From: Candidatus Bathyarchaeota archaeon
GTDB taxonomy: Archaea > Thermoproteota > Bathyarchaeia > Bathyarchaeales > Bathycorpusculaceae
Assembly (NCBI GenBank): GCA_963827165.1
Contig: CAWGZR010000003.1
Location: 224,001 to 288,000 of the forward strand
DNA length: 64,000 nucleotides
Direction: 5' to 3'
A program made the translations under genes and the position numbers. The notes beneath the pieces are model-generated. The model had not been told where the DNA came from, ran no database searches, and worked only from the letters and a program-made list of their open reading frames with translations. Shown in pieces: positions 1-10,072 of this stretch. Positions within the stretch are counted from its first letter, which is position 1. Every line of letters begins with the position of its first letter.

Positions 1-1333
1 TGATTACCTGGTTCCCGTTTCTCTGAGCGGAAAGAACAATTTTTCCTGTTTCGTTCTTGCTTGCGTTTATCCTTTTCTCAGGCAATTCTATACCGTGATC
101 AATGCTGTTCCGCAGAAGATGAATCAACGGCTCGCCAATTTCATCCAGCACTGTTCTATCAATTTCGATATCTCGTCCTTCCATTTCCATGTCGATCTTC
201 TTGCCTTTCTTTAAGGATAAGTCTCTCACCAGGCGTGGGAACCGGTCAAAGATTTGGCTTACAGGAACCATGCGAACCTGCATAACCAGATCCTGTAAAT
301 CAGCAGTCAAACGATCGATGTTTTCGGTTATATGCTTTAACGATTCGTTGCTGCTATCTAATGTCATCTGTAGAAGAGCAATTTTATTAATAACTAACTC
401 GCCTACCCAATTCATCAGCTTGTCTAATTGGTCAAACTTCACTCGAACAGTTTGGGTAGATTGCGAATCCACACAAACTTTAGTTATTTTTTTGTCTTCA
501 ATTGTCAATACATAGTTGTTCAAAGGCTGAAGTGATGCAGACGCAGGGGTTAAAAAACTGTCTTTAACCAACGGAACTATGGGTTCGAAAGAAGACACAT
601 CAATCTGTTCTACTTCAAGAACCTGTCTGGCAGAAGCTGCAACCGTTTTCTGATCAAATTTACTAGTTATTGCGATCCTGAAACCTTCACCGAGCTTTTG
701 CTCATCCAAATCTCCCTTTGAGGGATCGGTCTTAATCACTTTTCCCACCTCAGAAATCTTATCCAAAACCATGCTTGCCCGAATGCTCTTGTACTCACAA
801 TCTTTGCTGAACTTCAACTTCATTAGAAAACATTGTTCGCCTAAACTCTGCGCGTTTTCTATTGCCTTTTTCTCCCATTCGTCAAGTTCTAACCTTTTGT
901 TTGCGGGCGGTGATTTTGAGACTTGCTCGTTTTTGGTCTCCGCAGTCTTCTGTAACGATCTCGCGGATTCCAATTTGCGTTTGAGGTCCTCGACTGCAAT
1001 TTCGCCATCGACCTGGTTCTTGATTCGGTCTAGTCTGTCAGTTAAGGCGTCAACACATTCTAGAAGCGCACTGATTAAGTTGCATGACGGAGAATTGCCC
1101 TTTCGCATATCGTCAAATACATCTTCCATTTTATGCGTAAGTTCCTGAAAATCCTTGAACCCCATCATCCCTGATGAACCCTTCAAGGTGTGGGCTGATC
1201 TGAAAAGCATGTTAACAACCTCCTTGTTTTCGGGTTCTTTTTCTAAGATTAGCATTGATTGGGTGATTGTATCTATGTGCTCCTTTGCTTCATCTATGAA
1301 TAGCTGTCTGTATTGATCGGTATCAAGCGCCAA
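1..1333 (-). CDS. cheA: Chemotaxis histidine kinase CheA (3' end runs off the window)
   Basis: Manual translation from TTG at 1333 (SD AAGGAG upstream). Hpt motif LFRSAHTLKGSSGMMGF, dimerization VRVKFDQLDKLMNWVGELVINK, N-box EPLIHLLRNSIDHGIE. Not in the ORF track because there is no stop in the window. Confidence 0.95.
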   Translation of the reverse strand, partial: MALDTDQYRQLFIDEAKEHIDTITQSMLILEKEPENKEVVNMLFRSAHTLKGSSGMMGFKDFQELTHKMEDVFDDMRKGNSPSCNLISALLECVDALTDRLDRIKNQVDGEIAVEDLKRKLESARSLQKTAETKNEQVSKSPPANKRLELDEWEKKAIENAQSLGEQCFLMKLKFSKDCEYKSIRASMVLDKISEVGKVIKTDPSKGDLDEQKLGEGFRIAITSKFDQKTVAASARQVLEVEQIDVSSFEPIVPLVKDSFLTPASASLQPLNNYVLTIEDKKITKVCVDSQSTQTVRVKFDQLDKLMNWVGELVINKIALLQMTLDSSNESLKHITENIDRLTADLQDLVMQVRMVPVSQIFDRFPRLVRDLSLKKGKKIDMEMEGRDIEIDRTVLDEIGEPLIHLLRNSIDHGIELPEKRINASKNETGKIVLSAQRNGNQVI

Positions 1334-1500
1334 TTTAATTTTTTCCGCTCCTTAAGGACAAGTTTTTCCTCAGCCAGATTCAAGACATTCTGCGACAGCA
1401 TAGGCTATTTGCTCGAGTGTGTCTTTTCTGGCACAGCCATAATTCTTACTTAGAGCGATTTGGCAAAACAAAAATCGTTTGCCATGCTTCGCTTTGCCAG

Positions 1501-2337
1501 TTATCTTTGAGGTTTCTGATAAACCCTTGCCAAAAGGTCTATTTGCCGAAACTTCGTGCTTGGTTCGCCCGTTAAGATTTCAGATTTTCCCGTGACGAGG
1601 TATCCGCCGTCTTTAAGTGAATCGTAGAAGTTCATGTGAATTTTCTGTTGGCTTTCTTTTGAAAAGTAAATCATCACATTTCTGCAGAGGACTAGGTCAA
1701 GGCAATGGTGCAAAGATGGCGTATTCAAATCTACATGTTCAAAACGAATGATTCGTTTGACAAAATCATTTACTTTGCAGCTTTCTCCATTCTTAGTGAA
1801 GAACTTTTTAATTGAAAATTCGTCGAGAAAACTCAGTTGTTTCTGAAGGTATACTCCCTCTTCAGCTTTAGCTAAAGCGTCTTTATCAAAATCTGAAGCG
1901 TATATGGTTACGGGATGGCTTTCTATCTTTTGGCCAAGTATTTTATGTACCAAAATGGCTAAGGAATAAGGCTCTTCTCCGGTTGCGCATCCGGCGCTCC
2001 AAATTCGAACATGATTTGAAGATAGCAGTATTTTGGGAAGCAATGTTTTTTGGAGGTAAGTGTAAACGTCTACGTCTCGAAAAAACGTCGTGAAGTTAAT
2101 GGTTAAGTCGTTAAGGAGGTCCTTGTATTCTTCGGGATTCTTCCTTAAGTAAACAACGTATTTACCATATTTATCGGATTCAGTAACCCTAAGCCTAATT
2201 TTAAAACGCCGATGGAGATATTCGTCCCTGTAGCCAGAACAGTCTAAGCCGGAATTTTCATGGATCATTTTTTTGACTCTTTCGAAAGCCATTCTTTCCA
2301 TGAAATCGCCAGTGGATTCGGTCTTAGCCTGCAACAT
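1501..2337 (-). CDS. cheR: Chemotaxis methyltransferase CheR
   Basis: LTINFTTFFRD, RIWSAGCATGEEPYS, CRNVMIYF motifs. Confidence 0.95.
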   Translation of the reverse strand: MLQAKTESTGDFMERMAFERVKKMIHENSGLDCSGYRDEYLHRRFKIRLRVTESDKYGKYVVYLRKNPEEYKDLLNDLTINFTTFFRDVDVYTYLQKTLLPKILLSSNHVRIWSAGCATGEEPYSLAILVHKILGQKIESHPVTIYASDFDKDALAKAEEGVYLQKQLSFLDEFSIKKFFTKNGESCKVNDFVKRIIRFEHVDLNTPSLHHCLDLVLCRNVMIYFSKESQQKIHMNFYDSLKDGGYLVTGKSEILTGEPSTKFRQIDLLARVYQKPQR

Positions 2338-2382
2338 TAATCAACTTCCAATTAGCTCCCTCAATGTTCCTCAATATTTGAC

Positions 2383-3045
2383 TCATTTAAGTAGACTCAT
2401 AGATTTTTGATTAAGAATGTTTTTCATTTCTTGACTTGGAAAAATGATCAATATGCATTTGGCGTTCTCGTTTTGTCTTTTGAACCTTGTATCAAAAATC
2501 AAAGCATTCTGGGAAAGCATTGATTGTTTTATCAGAAAGAAATCGATGACTGTATTGAAAGTATCTACTGTGCTTTGGGGCGTCGTTGGAAAAAGACCAA
2601 CTTGAATGAAATCCGATATTGCTGTCAAGAAAGCGCCTATCAGAATGTTAGCGAGTTCACAGATGGCAGACGTCTCTATTTCTGGAGTTAATTCTTCAAT
2701 TGAAGCAGCAAAAGTCATCATAGCAGCAATTTTCTTCGCTTCACTTAATTCGAAAGCTAAAAGAAGGTCGCATCCGTACTTTTCGGAAAGTTGCATGTAA
2801 ACCGCTTCTATAGGCATATCGTGCATATCGAAAAACTGCGGAATCAAATGCGGCTGAATGTTTCGTATTTTTGGAACCTCGATGGTTATCTGTTGTTGAA
2901 GAATTTCCGACAGCGCAGTTGCTGCATGGCCAGCTCCGATACTTCCAAGCTCCAAGAGAATGCCTAAATCTAATTCAGGTTTATCTGAAGACGCGGAGGT
3001 ATCTGAGTAATCTTTCGTTTGTGTGATTCTGATTTGTTGGTTCAT
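2383..3045 (-). CDS. cheC: CheY-P phosphatase CheC
   Basis: ELGSIGAGHAATALS and AICELANILIG repeats typical of CheC. Confidence 0.9.
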   Translation of the reverse strand: MNQQIRITQTKDYSDTSASSDKPELDLGILLELGSIGAGHAATALSEILQQQITIEVPKIRNIQPHLIPQFFDMHDMPIEAVYMQLSEKYGCDLLLAFELSEAKKIAAMMTFAASIEELTPEIETSAICELANILIGAFLTAISDFIQVGLFPTTPQSTVDTFNTVIDFFLIKQSMLSQNALIFDTRFKRQNENAKCILIIFPSQEMKNILNQKSMSLLK

Positions 3046-3668
3046 AGCTTTCTAGTTTCCCCATTAAAACACTTTATAGTTACTACGCCTGATCTAACGT
3101 CGAAACTTATCCTCCGACCATGTGAGCCGCCAACATCCTCGCCTCTAAGTCGTACATTATATTTTGAAAGCACCGTCTTTACTGCTCTTACATTTTTGCC
3201 GCCTATATCTAAATATTCGGAATTTAGATTAGCAAACATATTTGCCCCGCCGGCTATTTTAGCAAAAAGGCACGATTCTTTCTCGTTCTTTTTCCGTATG
3301 CCATTTACCAGCGCGGGAATCGCTGTATCAGCATATTTTGATGGAAGAGGTTCGTTTGCCATGTCTCCAGAATATGGAAGCATTACGTGAGCTAACCCCC
3401 CACATTTATGCAGCGGATCATGTACACAAATTGCTACGCATGACCCGACGCTTGTTAATAGCTCAACGGATCCGCTTTCCACTTTCATGTCTGCCATGTC
3501 GACTCGAACCTCTTCCACCTTTGGCGCTGTGTTAGCTTCAATCGTTATGCATGATGCTGGTTCCAACTGCTCATAGGCAAATGCGGGTTTATTTCTGTTA
3601 GGAACGTTAATTGTTAATTTATTGTTACAGCAGCCTTCGAGGGATGAAACCATCCGGGGTAGCCTCAA
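3042..3668 (-). CDS. cheD: Chemoreceptor glutamine deamidase CheD (true start may be downstream)
   Basis: GSCVAIC, GGLAHVMLP, KIAGGANMF, IGGKNV, EDVGGSHGR motifs. Confidence 0.93.
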   Translation of the reverse strand: MRLPRMVSSLEGCCNNKLTINVPNRNKPAFAYEQLEPASCITIEANTAPKVEEVRVDMADMKVESGSVELLTSVGSCVAICVHDPLHKCGGLAHVMLPYSGDMANEPLPSKYADTAIPALVNGIRKKNEKESCLFAKIAGGANMFANLNSEYLDIGGKNVRAVKTVLSKYNVRLRGEDVGGSHGRRISFDVRSGVVTIKCFNGETRKL

Positions 3669-4033
3669 CAGTACCTTGAAAGTGCTTCTATTACTTTTTG
3701 AGGTTGAAAGGGTTTTATTACGAAGTCCTTTGCGCCCGACTTAATCGCTTCGACTATTAGGGATTGCTGACCCATTGAACTGCACATAACTACCTTGGCT
3801 GATGGATCCGCAGCGACGATCTGTTTGAGTGCTTCTATACCGTCTTTTGCTTTTGGGCCAGGAGGCATGATAATATCCATTAGAACCAAGTCTGGTTTTG
3901 ACTCTTGATATCGGATTATAGCTTCGTCACCTGATCCGGCTTCGGCGATAACTTCATGACCTGCTTGTAGCACTATTTTTTTGAGAACTGCCCTCATGAA
4001 AGAAGCATCGTCTACTATCATTATTGTGCCCAT
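3665..4033 (-). CDS. cheY: Chemotaxis response regulator CheY
   Basis: Stand-alone receiver (VDD, DIIMP, KPF) heading the cheDCRA operon. Confidence 0.92.
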   Translation of the reverse strand: MGTIMIVDDASFMRAVLKKIVLQAGHEVIAEAGSGDEAIIRYQESKPDLVLMDIIMPPGPKAKDGIEALKQIVAADPSAKVVMCSSMGQQSLIVEAIKSGAKDFVIKPFQPQKVIEALSRYC

Positions 4034-4281
4034 TATGTTCGCCCTTGATGTATCTTAAGACTCAAGACAATTATATAAAAGGATTACGTAGTAAAACACT
4101 TCATTGTCAACCAATATATCACATACTTAGCGTTAATCGCTGTTTTAGCCATACCCGTAAGAGAAAAATGATACACTCTTAAAACATGGAGTCTGAATTC
4201 AGATTTCTAAGTCGTAATTATATTATATATAAATGATCAGTATTGGGGGTAGCAATACGGAAAAGGAGAACCCCCAAACAA

Positions 4282-5166
4282 ATGACACTTGCATTGGAAA
4301 AACAGGTATTAACAAGAGTTTATGATAAAGAAAAGGAAACCTTCAGGCTGATAAAGAAAGACCAAACATACAACGACCATCTGTCAACAATCGAAGAAAC
4401 ACTTTCGCGGTTTGGTCTGTTAAAAAACGAGATCAAAGTTTACATGTATCTTGCTAGAGCCGGTGAAATGAAGGCAGGCGAGATAGCAGAAGCAATTTCA
4501 CTTCATAGGACAGAAACCTACAGGATCCTGAGAGACTTAGAGAAGAGAGGTGTCGTGTTTTCTATTTTTGAGAAACCACTAAAATTCACAGCTGTTCCGC
4601 TTGAAAAAGCTATCGATTTGCTGGTGGATGCGCAAAAAATCAAGATCAAGCTGTTGGAGCAAGAAAAAGAAAGCGTAGTAAAGCTTTGGCAGTCAATGCC
4701 TCAACCGAAAGTCGCGACCGCAAAAAAAGAGCTCTTTCAAATGCTCGAGGGCGAACAACAGGTGCTTATGAAGGCGGATGAATTGCTTGGAAGATGCGAA
4801 AAAGAATTCCAGGTCTTCGCCGCGGGGGATTACCTTGCACAGCTGTATTACAGTGATTTCTCAGATAAGCTGAAGATTTACGCGGATAAAGTTAAAGTTA
4901 CGTTAGTCAGTGACACTTCGATTAAAAGTGCGTATTTCCTAGGTCAATTGAAATGGCTTAGCGATTCAGAGCGGATCGCCGATGACCAAAACCTGCCCTG
5001 CTTCATGATATGTGACAATAAAGAAGTCTTGATCGTATTTCACGAAAAAGAAAGAACCAATGATGAAGAATCAAAGAAAAAAGATAAGACTGCAGCAATA
5101 TGGACAAACTACGGGGCATTCATCAATGTTCTCGGAATGCTATTCTCAAAACTATCAGAAGCATGA
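4282..5166 (+). CDS. TrmB-family transcriptional regulator
   Basis: N-terminal wHTH FGLLKNEIKVYMYL...LHRTETYRILRDLEKRG. ATG at 4282 preferred over TTG at 4243. Divergent from cheY. Confidence 0.85.
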   Translation: MTLALEKQVLTRVYDKEKETFRLIKKDQTYNDHLSTIEETLSRFGLLKNEIKVYMYLARAGEMKAGEIAEAISLHRTETYRILRDLEKRGVVFSIFEKPLKFTAVPLEKAIDLLVDAQKIKIKLLEQEKESVVKLWQSMPQPKVATAKKELFQMLEGEQQVLMKADELLGRCEKEFQVFAAGDYLAQLYYSDFSDKLKIYADKVKVTLVSDTSIKSAYFLGQLKWLSDSERIADDQNLPCFMICDNKEVLIVFHEKERTNDEESKKKDKTAAIWTNYGAFINVLGMLFSKLSEA

Positions 5167-5275
5167 ACGATTCAGTGATATCTGAGACCCTATTTCTTTT
5201 CTTTATCGATTAATTGAACGATGCAGTCAACCATTTGAAGGTTGAACATGATAAAAAATCAGACCTTTCAAAGGC

Positions 5276-6250
5276 TTACGCAGTTATTTCCTGACAGTCA
5301 ACAGTTTCTACCCATCTTTTTCCTGCATCCGTTAACTGTTTGCGGAACTCTGGAGTTGGAATCATAAGCAAGTACCCGTTTGCAGAACTTTCGTTTCTGT
5401 TGAATTGCATTTTGAAAATCAAGGCAGATTTCGCCAGAATCAGTTGTCTAGCCAAAAAAACATCGATTATAGCTTCGAAGTAATCGCTGAAAACGTTAGG
5501 CCTCGAAGGAACAATCGTTAATTCGGCAAAATTTGCAATAGAACTGTAAAAGGCACAAAGCATTATGGAGCCCATTTCCTGAACGGCTGACATGGCGATG
5601 TCCTGACTCACGGGTGTTGATTCACTTGTCATTAGGGACGCAATCTTCTTTACCTCTTCAGAATCAAAGACGATTAAAGTGTCGCAACCGGGTTCCGTCG
5701 CTAAAGCCATGTGAACTGCTGTCACCTGACTGTCGGGTGCGCCGATGAGTCTGGCAATTAGATGTAGCGGCCCAGTTTCAAGTTTTGGAACGCTTATTTG
5801 AATGGGTTGTTTGGTCAACTTTGATAGAACCGTTGCGGCATGCCCAGCGCCTATGTTTCCAATCTCGGTGAGCACTCGCAGATCGGTACAGAGCGCTAGC
5901 GATTCTAAGAGTTTCTCTGGTTCAAAGGGCTTGACTACGAAGGCTTTTGCGCCGGCTTTCATCGCTTCATTGATCAAGCTGTTTTCATCTAACGCGCTGC
6001 AAATGATTACTTTGGCTTGTGGATCCTCTTTCATTATTTTTTTCAAGGCATCAAGGCCAGTTTTTGCGATTTTTCCTTCGTTCATCACGATGTCTAAAAG
6101 CAGAATCTCGGGTTTAAGCTGCAGATACTTTTCAATAGCCTCGTCTCCGTTGGATGCCTCTCCAATTACGTCGTAACCCGATTCTTCAAGAATTCTTTTC
6201 AGAAGAGTTCGCATATACGTATTATCGTCTGCTAAGAGGATGGATGTCAT
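5276..6250 (-). CDS. CheY-like receiver fused to a CheC phosphatase domain
   Basis: Residues 1-120 receiver (ADD, DIVM, KPF), then TEIGNIGAGHAATVLS CheC domain. Confidence 0.9.
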   Translation of the reverse strand: MTSILLADDNTYMRTLLKRILEESGYDVIGEASNGDEAIEKYLQLKPEILLLDIVMNEGKIAKTGLDALKKIMKEDPQAKVIICSALDENSLINEAMKAGAKAFVVKPFEPEKLLESLALCTDLRVLTEIGNIGAGHAATVLSKLTKQPIQISVPKLETGPLHLIARLIGAPDSQVTAVHMALATEPGCDTLIVFDSEEVKKIASLMTSESTPVSQDIAMSAVQEMGSIMLCAFYSSIANFAELTIVPSRPNVFSDYFEAIIDVFLARQLILAKSALIFKMQFNRNESSANGYLLMIPTPEFRKQLTDAGKRWVETVDCQEITA

Positions 6251-6364
6251 CGGTTCGATTCATCTCTAATGAAAACATCAAACTGACTTTACCTATTTAC
6301 TCCTTACGAATCTTGAAACTACATACTAATTATGAATTGAAAATGAATTTTTATTGATAAAAAT

Positions 6365-7774
6365 TCAGCAGATTGATGGTTTTGAAAAGCGCGCCGTTTC
6401 GGATTTTGTTTCGCGCAGTTTCAAGCCGGGGCGAACCAAAAGGAGTATTAGCAAAATTGCAAGCAAAGCATCGCACGCTATGGCACCGTAGAGGAGTAAC
6501 TGCAAACTCGAAGAGTCGCTGCTATCTTTGGGGTAATTGATGTTGACAACGTAGAACATGTATCGCGCCCTACCGATCAAGGAGGGTTGACCAGGAGGAT
6601 CGGTCCATCCTACAATAACGCACTGGTTCTTGCTAGTTGGGATTACGCTGTAGGCTTCCTGATAGCCAGTGTCCCCTTGCGTGCAACTCCAAATAACATT
6701 GCCTGAATCACTAATTTTGAATAGCCAAAAGTCTCGGTTCCCTGCGCCGAAGGAAAAAGTGAAGCCTCCGACTAAATAGCCACCGTCACCCGAAGGAGTA
6801 ATGCATGATGGCGAATCTGCATTCTTGCCGCCAACCGTCTTTGTCCACAGCAAGGTTCCATTGAAATTAACTTTTATCACCCAAGCGTGCATGTTGCCAT
6901 CGGGGGCTTGAGTGTTCCCAACCATCACATATCCATCTGACGCTTCTGTAATGGCTGTCGCTTCTTGGCTTCCTTTCTCGCCATACGTTTGATTCCAAAC
7001 TACATTTCCTTCAGGATCGATTTTCATCAATAAGAAACTGAAGTCACTTGGTCCACGAGGATCCGCATAGCCACATACCACATAATTGCCATCAGATGCT
7101 TGAACCCCTGCTTTCGCGACGGAATCGGATGTAGGGCTGTAGGTTTTATTCCAAAGGATATTGCCGTTAGTATCGATTTTGACTATCCAAGCTTGAGATT
7201 GCGCGCCTCCATTTTGTGAGCTCAATCCTAAAAGTATAAAACCGTCTGAGGAGGCGAAAGCGGAGTAGAACTCGTCTGTTCCGTTACCACCGATTATTTT
7301 ATTCCAGATCAAGTCTCCTTGTTCATCAATTTTTGCTACAAATCCATTCATATCTCCAGAAGACAAAAATTCGTTGCCTACAAGTAAGAAGCCATTGGTT
7401 AAGTTGAGCACGGACCTAATTTCTGTGCCTGACCCTACAAGGAAGGTTTTGTTCCAAACTGCGTTGCCTTCTTGGTCAAGCATTAAGGCCCAGCCTACGG
7501 TTACATCTGTTTGGTTTGATTCTGACGAACCGACAACGAGGTAGCCACCACCGGCTGGCAGGGCGCAGTATGCTCGGTCATCGTCTCCCAATGTGCCGTA
7601 GGTTTTTGTCCAAATCACGTTTGCGGGCAAAACGCTGACTGATGTGCCAGTGATCTTTGGTAAAGAATCACTCTCGGCTGCGGCCGTGGTCACGGTAAGA
7701 ATAATTGAAACGATGAATAGTGCGAGTAAAATTTTAGTTGCACTTGGTCGATGCATGCGACGTTTCCTCTCCAT
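6365..7774 (-). CDS. Secreted, membrane-anchored beta-propeller repeat protein
   Basis: Signal peptide, about 7 repeats of 'K.D..G...W.KT.G', C-terminal TM helix with basic tail. Confidence 0.75.
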   Translation of the reverse strand: MERKRRMHRPSATKILLALFIVSIILTVTTAAAESDSLPKITGTSVSVLPANVIWTKTYGTLGDDDRAYCALPAGGGYLVVGSSESNQTDVTVGWALMLDQEGNAVWNKTFLVGSGTEIRSVLNLTNGFLLVGNEFLSSGDMNGFVAKIDEQGDLIWNKIIGGNGTDEFYSAFASSDGFILLGLSSQNGGAQSQAWIVKIDTNGNILWNKTYSPTSDSVAKAGVQASDGNYVVCGYADPRGPSDFSFLLMKIDPEGNVVWNQTYGEKGSQEATAITEASDGYVMVGNTQAPDGNMHAWVIKVNFNGTLLWTKTVGGKNADSPSCITPSGDGGYLVGGFTFSFGAGNRDFWLFKISDSGNVIWSCTQGDTGYQEAYSVIPTSKNQCVIVGWTDPPGQPSLIGRARYMFYVVNINYPKDSSDSSSLQLLLYGAIACDALLAILLILLLVRPGLKLRETKSETARFSKPSIC

Positions 7775-7831
7775 GAGTTAATCGATACAGAGCATTTTGA
7801 CTCTTTAGATTTAACATTTTTCCATCTACCC

Positions 7832-8590
7832 TCATTCAGTGCATGTTACATTTGCCGCGACAACTATCCCTCGTTGATCCTGACAGACAGCTGACACATG
7901 AAGAGGGAAAAATAATTGATCTGTTTCAGAATTAAATGACACTGAATATGTTCCGCTCCCGAAATCATTGACGATTGGCGAATTCACTTTTGTCCATGTT
8001 TCGGCTGCGTTTTCGTAGTAAAAAGAAAGGTTTTGGGCTAAAGCGGGCGAGCCTTCATTTTGCATTTTGACGGTCAAGTTCACTTGCGTCGAGTTTTCCA
8101 GTTGAAGGGAGCTTCCACTCAGATTCAATTCTGATGTTACGTTAACTACATATTCGGATGTGGACGTTGAGGTAGTCGCAGTTGACTCAATTTCTACAAG
8201 AATACATGCACTCGATATCCCTTCCCCGTTTGCACCCCATGAAATGCACATGCCGTTCTGATATGGAGCATCGGTTGAGAGAATGAAATTTGTTTGAAGT
8301 ATAGACTGGTATGAATTGGAAGCGATTTCGGATTTTAGTTCGTCCAAGTCTGTTGTCAACGCGTTGGGGCTGCCGCCGTTGGTCACGTTTGCTAAAGCAC
8401 TGATCAGGGTGTTTCTTGCGGCTTGCTGGTAGGTTGAGAAAATGCTGGTTGTGTCGGTGGCATCTGTTGGAACATCTTTTTCGGTTTCAATAATAAAGAT
8501 GGCTGTTGAAAGCAGAACCAATGCCACCATTAAGGCGGTTATTACAATAACTTGACCCGAGTTGCTGCGTCTGAAATTGCGGCTTTTCAC
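7832..8590 (-). CDS. Minor pilin-like protein (class III signal peptide)
   Basis: RRSNSG|QVIVITALMVALVLLS, located in the T4P operon. Confidence 0.75.
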   Translation of the reverse strand: MKSRNFRRSNSGQVIVITALMVALVLLSTAIFIIETEKDVPTDATDTTSIFSTYQQAARNTLISALANVTNGGSPNALTTDLDELKSEIASNSYQSILQTNFILSTDAPYQNGMCISWGANGEGISSACILVEIESTATTSTSTSEYVVNVTSELNLSGSSLQLENSTQVNLTVKMQNEGSPALAQNLSFYYENAAETWTKVNSPIVNDFGSGTYSVSFNSETDQLFFPLHVSAVCQDQRGIVVAANVTCTE

Positions 8591-9015
8591 GGAGACCCAA
8601 CCTGTGATAGCTGCAATTGAAGAATGTAGATTGAATAGGTACTACTTTCGCTGGCGCAGACGTAGTCAACTGAGACAATTTTGTCATTGACGTACCCCCC
8701 GTTTGAGATAGGAAATATGTTCAGCGGCTTCATATTTTTGTCAAAGACTGTCAGATTGAACCAGGTCGTTAGAGGAAGGGCGGAACCAATAGAGTTTTCG
8801 AGGGCATTCCAGTCACGGTCATCAATTAAAGTCCCCAGATGCCCGTTGCTGTCTAAACTTTGCAGAACATTTTGGGCGGTTGAAACAAGGTTCTCCTTGG
8901 AATCTTGAAAAGTGGGTTGGGCAGGAATAACTGCGAGGCAGGAAACTAACAATACAGATGCCAAAAAAGCTTCTATTACTCGAACCACTCCTCTTTTATC
9001 GTCCATCAGCCTCAA
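8587..9015 (-). CDS. Minor pilin-like protein (class III signal peptide)
   Basis: DKRG|VVRVIEAFLASVLLVSCL, overlapping start/stop with neighbours. Confidence 0.75.
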   Translation of the reverse strand: MRLMDDKRGVVRVIEAFLASVLLVSCLAVIPAQPTFQDSKENLVSTAQNVLQSLDSNGHLGTLIDDRDWNALENSIGSALPLTTWFNLTVFDKNMKPLNIFPISNGGYVNDKIVSVDYVCASESSTYSIYILQLQLSQVGSP

Positions 9016-10058
9016 GAAGCAGATCCTCCTAAACTTATCTCAAGCTTGTACAGAACGCCGTTTATGGTGACATCGTAGCTGAACACGTTTTGTGCTGAAC
9101 CTGAAAAGTCAGACCCTGAGGTGAATGGAACTTCAGGGTAAGAAACCCACTGTTGAAAATGCGAGCTGTTCTCTACGCCTTCAACAACTATGATTAAAGG
9201 GCTTTTGTCAACTATTTCAGGAATTGCGCAACCCAAGGCACCTGATGTGTATTCTAGTGCTTCCTGATGAGCATAGGAGAAGACATAGCAGTTTTGGATT
9301 ACGGCGCCAGAAGAGTTTGTGGCAATGTTTAGGAAGTAGTTGAGGGGGCTTAAAGTCAAAAAGTCACTTGTGGGCGATGTCTCTTGAGTTGAGTTGGACA
9401 GGTCGTAGACTGCATAAGAAGTAACTCTCTCGTCAAAGAACGCCCTAGCAAAAACGAATACTGTGGCGTTGTTTGACGCTGTATTGGGAATTTGAACTGT
9501 GACTTGATCAACTCCACCGTTTGAAGTGCTACTTGTCACATTGCTAACGGCCGTATCTGATACAACGTAGCAGTTTAGAATGGCGCTTACAGGTTGAGAT
9601 TCAATGCTTGTCGAAATCCCTAGAGTAAAAAATGCACCATAAATTGTAGAGACGTTAGCCGATTCTGTAATATCTATGTCCATGACTTGAGAAATTTTGA
9701 CTCCCAACGCAATATTATCTAGCTTGCTTGAGGTTTCCATATCAAGATACGAAAGGGAACAGTTGTTTAAACTGTTCAGTCTAGAGATTTTGTCAATGTC
9801 CACTGCATATGGAATTGTGGAAGAGCTTGCCGCTAATCCAAAATCAGTTGGGTTGCTGCCGCTTGTTCCCCAGTTGCTTGGGGTTCCAGGGTTTGTTACG
9901 ATGTGGTTTGCTATGGCTTGTAGGTAGTTTTGTTCGTTTATGTTTTGGGTATTGTCTATTCGGACCTGCATTGTTGAGCATAGGTAGCCGGTAGCTATCA
10001 GAGCTGCAGCAACTATGATTGTGCATGCGAAGAAAGTGTCAAAAGAGCTCGTTGGCAA
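9012..10058 (-). CDS. Pilus-associated/minor pilin-like protein
   Basis: N-terminal hydrophobic helix, 'NPGTPSNW' motif, S/T/N-rich body, directly after the platform gene. Confidence 0.65.
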   Translation of the reverse strand: MPTSSFDTFFACTIIVAAALIATGYLCSTMQVRIDNTQNINEQNYLQAIANHIVTNPGTPSNWGTSGSNPTDFGLAASSSTIPYAVDIDKISRLNSLNNCSLSYLDMETSSKLDNIALGVKISQVMDIDITESANVSTIYGAFFTLGISTSIESQPVSAILNCYVVSDTAVSNVTSSTSNGGVDQVTVQIPNTASNNATVFVFARAFFDERVTSYAVYDLSNSTQETSPTSDFLTLSPLNYFLNIATNSSGAVIQNCYVFSYAHQEALEYTSGALGCAIPEIVDKSPLIIVVEGVENSSHFQQWVSYPEVPFTSGSDFSGSAQNVFSYDVTINGVLYKLEISLGGSAS

Positions 10059-10072
10059 TCATTATTTCTCCC

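Noticed and set aside
61-1148. Plus-strand ORFs 61-285, 189-515 and 771-1148, and similar short antisense ORFs throughout
   Set aside because: Shadow ORFs opposite well-supported genes (here cheA), with no motifs.
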